From Anaeromyxobacter sp. (GTDB lineage Bacteria; Myxococcota; Myxococcia; Myxococcales; Anaeromyxobacteraceae): DNA of 64,000 nt. The notes beneath the pieces are model-generated. The model had not been told where the DNA came from. It saw nothing but the letters and a program-made list of their open reading frames with translations, and did not search any database. This document shows, in pieces, positions 59,190 to 64,000 of this stretch. The stretch is taken from contig JASGJN010000017.1 of NCBI GenBank assembly GCA_049840735.1, forward strand, positions 512,001-576,000. The letters are read 5' to 3'. Position 1 is the first letter of the stretch; each line of letters starts with the position of its first letter. The translations under genes and the position numbers were made by a program.

Positions 59190-59966
59190 TTACAGCCGGA
59201 AGAACCGCCGCGTGTTCTCGGAGGTGACCCGCGCCACCTCCTCCAGCGTGGTGCCCCAGACCTCGGCCACCTTGCGCGCCGTCTCCACCACGTGCGCCGG
59301 CTCGTTGCGCTTGCCCCGGTGCGGGATGGGGGCCAGGTACGGGCTGTCGGTCTCCACCAGCAGCCGGTCCCGCGGCACGATGGCCACCGCGTCGCGGATG
59401 GCGCCGGCGGTCTTGAAGGTGACGATCCCCGCCACCGAGATGAGCAGCCCCAGCTCGAGGAAGGCCCGCGCCGCGGCCACGTCGCCGGTGAAGCAGTGGA
59501 TGACGGCGCCGGCCGGCGGGACCCCCTCCTCGCGCAGCACCCGCGCGCAGACCTCGTCCGCCTCGCGCACGTGGACCACCAGCGGCTTGCCCGCCGCGTG
59601 GGCCAGGCGGATGGAGCGGCGGAAGGCCTGCTCCTGCACGTCGCGCGGGGACAGATCGTAGTGGAAGTCCAGCCCCGCCTCCCCCACCGCCACCACCCGC
59701 GGGTCGCGGGCCATGACCTCGCAGGCCGCCCAGTCCTCCTCCGGCACCCGGGCGCAGTCGTGCGGGTGGACCCCCACGGTGGCGGCGAAGAAGCCCGGGT
59801 CGCGGGTGGCCAGCGCCAGCGCGTTGCCGAAGTCGCCCGGCTTGCGCCAGAGCCCGACCAGCACCACCCGCGACAGCCCGGCGGCCCGCGCGCGGTCGAT
59901 CACCGCCTGCAGGTCGCCCTCGTAGTCCTCGCCGTCGAGGTGGGCGTGGGAGTCGATCAGGGTCAT
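59190..59966 (-). CDS. tatD: TatD family nuclease
   Basis: IDSHAHL, GVHPH, AVGEAGLD, VHVR, IHCF, ETDSPYLAP..RGKRNEP. Confidence 0.95.
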   Translation of the reverse strand: MTLIDSHAHLDGEDYEGDLQAVIDRARAAGLSRVVLVGLWRKPGDFGNALALATRDPGFFAATVGVHPHDCARVPEEDWAACEVMARDPRVVAVGEAGLDFHYDLSPRDVQEQAFRRSIRLAHAAGKPLVVHVREADEVCARVLREEGVPPAGAVIHCFTGDVAAARAFLELGLLISVAGIVTFKTAGAIRDAVAIVPRDRLLVETDSPYLAPIPHRGKRNEPAHVVETARKVAEVWGTTLEEVARVTSENTRRFFRL

Positions 59967-59974
59967 GCCCGGAC

Positions 59975-62074
59975 CTACTTCACCCGCGTGCCCGCCGCGA
60001 TGGAATCGCCCACCGTGACGACCTGGAGGTTGGGCACCTCGCCGGCCGCCAGCAGCATGCCGTGCGAGGTGATGCCGCGCAGCGGGCGCGGCGCCAGGTT
60101 GGCCACCACCACGATGCGCTTGCCCACCAGCGCTTGCGGCTCGGGGTAGGCCTGGGCGATGCCGGCCACGATGGTGCGCGGCTCGGGCTCGCCCACGTCC
60201 ACCGCCAGCTTGAGCAGCTTGTCGGCCTTCTCCACCTTCTCCGCCGCCTTCACCACGCCCACGCGCAGCTCCACCTTGGCGAAGTCGTCGTAGGTGATGA
60301 CGCCGGGCGGGGGCGGCGGCGCGGCCTTGGCGCTGGCCTTGCTGGCCGTCTCGGCCGGGCTGGCCGCCTTGGCGACCTTGGCCGCCGGCGCGGGCGCAGG
60401 CGCCTCGGCCGGCGCCGCCACGATCAGCTTCTCCACCTGCTTGGCGTCGAGCCGGGCGATCTGCGGCGGCTTGGCGGCCGCGGTCACCGGCGCGCCGGCG
60501 AACGGGTCGAAGTCCTTCTCCCAGACCGCCGGCCGCGCCTGGCCGAACGCGGCCACCAGCGCGTCGCAGAAGCGCGGCAGCACCGGCCAGAGCAGCGTGG
60601 CGAGGCCCCGCAGCGACTTGGCGACCGTGAAGAGCAGCGCGCGGCTCTGCGGGCCCTGCGGGTCCTCCCAGGGCTTGGCCTCCTGCAGCCGCTTGTTGCA
60701 GCGGTCGGCCACCTGGTTGGCCAGCCGCACCACCTCGCGCAGCTCCAGCGCCTGGTAGGCGGCGCGCCCCAGGTGCAGCGCCGAGCGGGTGGCCTCGACG
60801 ATGGGCTCCTCGGGCGCCTCGGCCAGCGGCGCCCCGGCGCGGGCCACCAGCGCCGCCACGCGCGAGGCCAGGTTGGCGATGTTGTTGGCCAGGTCGGCGT
60901 TGATGCGGTTGCGGAACTCGTCGATGGAGAGGTCCAGGTCGGCCACGCCCGGCCCCAGGTTGGCGCAGTAGAAGTAGCGCAGCAGCTCGGGATCCAGGCC
61001 GGCGTCCAGGTAGGTCCTGCCGGTGATGAAGGTCCCGCGCGACTTCGACATCTTCTCGCCGTTGACGGTCAGGTGGCCGTGCACCGCCATCCGGTCCGGG
61101 CGCTTGAAGCCGGCGGCCCAGAGCATGGCCGGCCAGAAGACGGCGTGGAAGCGCAGGATGTCCTTGCCGATGAAGTGCTCGAGCCGCGCCGCCTGAGGGT
61201 TCTGGGCGGAGAGGTACTGCTGCTCGTAGGCGGCCGGCGCGAGCCGTGGCTCGGCCTGGTGCGCGAAGTAGTGCTCGGCGCTGGAGAGGTAGCCGATGGG
61301 CGCGTCCATCCAGACGTAGAGGAACTTGCCCGGGAACTCGGGGTCGTTGACCGGGAAGCCGAAGTAGGGCGCGTCGCGGGTGATGCACCAGTCCTGCAGG
61401 TCGGCCAGCCAGCCCTTCACCTGCTCGCGCACGGCCGGCTCGAGGTGCCCCTCGGCGGCGACCCAGCCGTCGATGATGGCCTTCACCTCCGGCTCGCGCA
61501 GGTTGACGTAGGCGTGGTCGCTGGTCCGGACCACCGGCGCCGAGCGGCAGATGGCGCAGTACGGGCCCTTGAGGTCGCGCGGGTCGTAGGTGGTGCCGCA
61601 CTTCTCGCAGACGTCACCGTACTGGTCGGGCGTGCCGCACTTCGGGCAGGTGCCCTTCACGAACCGGTCGGGCAGGAAGCGCTTGTCGGTCTCGCAGTAG
61701 AGCTGCTCGACCGACTTCTTGTAGATGAGCCCCTTCTGCTTGAGCGCATCGTAGATGCGGTACGCCCAGCGCCGGTTCTCCTCCGAGTCGGTGGTGTAGT
61801 AGGTCGAGAACTCCACCCCGAAGCGCTTGAAGTCCTCGTGCTGCTCGGACCGGTAGGCCTCCACGAAGGCCTTGGGGGTGACGCCGGCCTTGGCGGCGTT
61901 CACCTCGATGGGCGTGCCGTGCGAGTCGGCCGCGCAGACGTACGCCACCTGGTCGCCGGTGGAGCGGCGGAACCTGACGTAGACGTCGGTCTGGATGTAC
62001 TCGACCAGGTGGCCGAGGTGGATCGAGCCGTTGGCGTACGGCAGTGCGCTGGTGACCAGGATCCGCTGACTCAC
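59975..62074 (-). CDS. metG: Methionine--tRNA ligase
   Basis: ALPYANGSIHLGH, zinc knuckles, YVWMDAP, KMSKS, C-terminal tRNA-binding OB domain. Confidence 0.98.
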   Translation of the reverse strand: MSQRILVTSALPYANGSIHLGHLVEYIQTDVYVRFRRSTGDQVAYVCAADSHGTPIEVNAAKAGVTPKAFVEAYRSEQHEDFKRFGVEFSTYYTTDSEENRRWAYRIYDALKQKGLIYKKSVEQLYCETDKRFLPDRFVKGTCPKCGTPDQYGDVCEKCGTTYDPRDLKGPYCAICRSAPVVRTSDHAYVNLREPEVKAIIDGWVAAEGHLEPAVREQVKGWLADLQDWCITRDAPYFGFPVNDPEFPGKFLYVWMDAPIGYLSSAEHYFAHQAEPRLAPAAYEQQYLSAQNPQAARLEHFIGKDILRFHAVFWPAMLWAAGFKRPDRMAVHGHLTVNGEKMSKSRGTFITGRTYLDAGLDPELLRYFYCANLGPGVADLDLSIDEFRNRINADLANNIANLASRVAALVARAGAPLAEAPEEPIVEATRSALHLGRAAYQALELREVVRLANQVADRCNKRLQEAKPWEDPQGPQSRALLFTVAKSLRGLATLLWPVLPRFCDALVAAFGQARPAVWEKDFDPFAGAPVTAAAKPPQIARLDAKQVEKLIVAAPAEAPAPAPAAKVAKAASPAETASKASAKAAPPPPPGVITYDDFAKVELRVGVVKAAEKVEKADKLLKLAVDVGEPEPRTIVAGIAQAYPEPQALVGKRIVVVANLAPRPLRGITSHGMLLAAGEVPNLQVVTVGDSIAAGTRVK

Positions 62075-63474
62075 GACCTGCTCCTTTCACGACGGTCTTC
62101 GGCGAGGAGGCCCAGCAGCACCCGCTCCAGGCGGAGCCGCCCGTCCTGCCCGCTCTTCATGGCGACGTCGGCCTGGGCCAGGCCGGCGAGGGCGTCCAGC
62201 AGCTCTCCCCTCGAGAACCGCAGCGACGCCTGGTACTTCATCCAGAAGCCGTACGGCTTCTTCGACCCCAGCTCCTCCTCCGGGATGGAGGGGAGCACCT
62301 GGGCCTGCCAGTCGTTGAAGCTGCCGATGCGCCGGTCCCCGGCGGCGCGGCGCGCGCGCTCCCGCTCGGCGATGAGCCGGCGCACCGTGCCGGCCAGCGA
62401 CCCCAGCAGCATGAAGGGGCTGCCGCCGTCGGCGATGGACCGGTCCAGCACCGCCAGCGCGCCCGGCAGGTCGCGCGCCTCGACGGCGTTGCCCAGCGCG
62501 AAGAACGGGTCGGAGGCGACGCGCGTGACCACCGCGTCCACGTCGGCCGCGCCGATCACCTTCCGGTCGCCCACGTAGGCAGCCAGCTTCTGCACCTCGG
62601 AGGCGAGCACGCGGGCGTCCTCGCCCACCAGCGCCGCCAGCCGGGCCTCGCCGCCGGCGTCCACCCGCTTGCCGGTGCCGGCCAGCAGCGCCGAGAGCAC
62701 CGGCGCCAGCACCAGGCGCTGCGCGTCCCACTGCCCTTCCTTCTCCAGCGCGGTGGTGACCCGCCGCCCGGCCGCGGCCAGCTTCTTCACCACCGGCAGC
62801 CGGCCGTCCACCTTGCCGGCGGCGATCACCAGCACGTGGCCGCGCGGGAAGCCGCGCGCCAGCGCCAGGTCGAGCGCGGCCGAGTCGTCGCCCTTGGCGA
62901 CCTTCAGCTCGCGCTCGATGGCGAAGCGGGCGGCCTGGCCGACGAAGGCCGCGCCTTCACCCAGCGTCACCCCGAGCTCCTTCGCGAAGGCGTCCAGGTC
63001 CGGCGCCGGGTCGGCCTTGGGGTCCAGGTCGGCGGCCGACCAGCCGGCCTTGGCGGCCAGCGCCAGCAGGCGTCGCGCCGCCTCCCGCTGCCGCCCCTCC
63101 GCCCACATGGCCCGGGCGCGGTCGAAGGCGTCCTGCGCGTCCTCCTTGGACGCCAGGAAGGCCGGCTCCTGGACCAGCACCACCTTGCCGCCGCCGAACA
63201 GGCCGCCGGTGGCCACCTCCGCGGCCACCTCGGCCGGCGTGGCCGCCGCGTCCAGCTCCACCAGGTTGAGCGCGCGCGCCGCCTCGGGGACCATGGCGTG
63301 GGCCAGCGCCCGCGCCGCGCGCAGCGCCAGGAAGGCGTCGCCGTCGAAGAGGTAGACCGGCTGCGGCGAGCCCGCCTGCACGTCGGCCAGGCAGGTGTCG
63401 AGCGTGGCGCCCGCGGCGCCCGCCCGCGCTCCGGCGCCCGCGGCGCCCCTGCCCCCGCTACGCGGCCCGGCCAT
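62071..63474 (-). CDS. holA: DNA polymerase III subunit delta
   Basis: PVYLFDGD, GGLFGGGKVVLV, SEVQKLAAYVG, FALGNAV, ADVAMKS. Confidence 0.85.
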   Translation of the reverse strand: MAGPRSGGRGAAGAGARAGAAGATLDTCLADVQAGSPQPVYLFDGDAFLALRAARALAHAMVPEAARALNLVELDAAATPAEVAAEVATGGLFGGGKVVLVQEPAFLASKEDAQDAFDRARAMWAEGRQREAARRLLALAAKAGWSAADLDPKADPAPDLDAFAKELGVTLGEGAAFVGQAARFAIERELKVAKGDDSAALDLALARGFPRGHVLVIAAGKVDGRLPVVKKLAAAGRRVTTALEKEGQWDAQRLVLAPVLSALLAGTGKRVDAGGEARLAALVGEDARVLASEVQKLAAYVGDRKVIGAADVDAVVTRVASDPFFALGNAVEARDLPGALAVLDRSIADGGSPFMLLGSLAGTVRRLIAERERARRAAGDRRIGSFNDWQAQVLPSIPEEELGSKKPYGFWMKYQASLRFSRGELLDALAGLAQADVAMKSGQDGRLRLERVLLGLLAEDRRERSRS

Positions 63475-64000
63475 GGAACCACCCGATGAAGAGCCCCTCC
63501 AGCGCCAGCACCGGCGAGGCGTTCTGGCGGAGCCCGGCCGCCGTCTCCTCCACCAGCCCGCGGCGCCGGACCACCTCGGCCGCCGTGAGCGCCGCGGCGG
63601 CCCGGCGGGACTCCGGCGCCAGGTCGGCCAGCGCCAGCGCCGCGCCGCCGGCCTGCAGGGCCAGCACGTCGCGCAGCCAGAGCGCCAGCAGCGCGCACAG
63701 CTCGCCGGCCTGCTCGCGGTCCTCGCCGTGATCCCGGGCGAAGGCCAGCCAGCCGCCGGCGTCGTCCGGATCGAGCGCCACCGCCGCCCGGACCGCGTCG
63801 CGCAGCCCGTCCAGCGCCGCCGGATCGAGCGCCAGCGCCCGCCCCAGCGAGCCGGCGGCGAGCGCCGCGGCCAGCCGCGCCTCCTCTTCGCTCCGGCCCT
63901 TGGCCACCAGCTGCTGCACCACCAGCGCGTCCGGCACCGGGCCGAACGGCACCCGCAGGCAGCGCGAGCGGATGGTGGGGAGCAGCACGTCGGGGCTCGC
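63458..64000 (-). CDS. holB: DNA polymerase III subunit delta' (5'-truncated by window edge)
   Basis: LLPTIRSRC, AAGSLGRAL, LWLRDVL, N..LALEGL; upstream of holA-metG-tatD. Confidence 0.88.
   Translation of the reverse strand, partial: ASPDVLLPTIRSRCLRVPFGPVPDALVVQQLVAKGRSEEEARLAAALAAGSLGRALALDPAALDGLRDAVRAAVALDPDDAGGWLAFARDHGEDREQAGELCALLALWLRDVLALQAGGAALALADLAPESRRAAAALTAAEVVRRRGLVEETAAGLRQNASPVLALEGLFIGWFHGRAA

Overview
Very GC-rich bacterial DNA. Gene content and close similarity to the Anaeromyxobacter globin-coupled kinase AfGcHK point to an Anaeromyxobacter-like Myxococcota genome. Nt 1-28.3k is a flagellar cluster (fliM-N-O-P-Q-R, flhB-A-F-G, fliA, fliJ, flgF-G-A-H-I-J-M-N-K-L, two short flagellins, fliD/T/S, a GT2-TPR glycosyltransferase). 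It also holds a FlgJ-M23 fusion and an apparently inactive class I adenylate cyclase homologue. Nt 28.5-36.4k is an O2/anaerobiosis module (moeA-mobB, FNR-like regulator with an FNR box, tatA, USP, CBS, globin-coupled histidine kinase and partners). Nt 36.5-46.6k is the most novel part: three tandem membrane Ser/Thr kinase-TPR paralogues, a 112-aa candidate RiPP precursor coupled to an MvdC/D-type ATP-grasp ligase, and an ECF sigma factor. A structured candidate sRNA there shares a GTCACAACC-N13-GTTCAA promoter-like motif with the precursor gene. Nt 46.8-64k is mostly housekeeping and signalling genes (sigma54 regulator, radical SAM, DksA-like, HEAT/HD pair, SRAP, pncA, yhaM, HAD, tatD, metG, holA, holB) plus REP-like repeats. 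About 15 single-base frameshifts interrupt conserved genes; 14 fall at AGAYC, suggesting motif-specific sequencing errors, possibly from DNA modification, rather than pseudogenes. No rRNA, tRNA, CRISPR or transposase was recognised. All family calls are by eye; no database searches were run.
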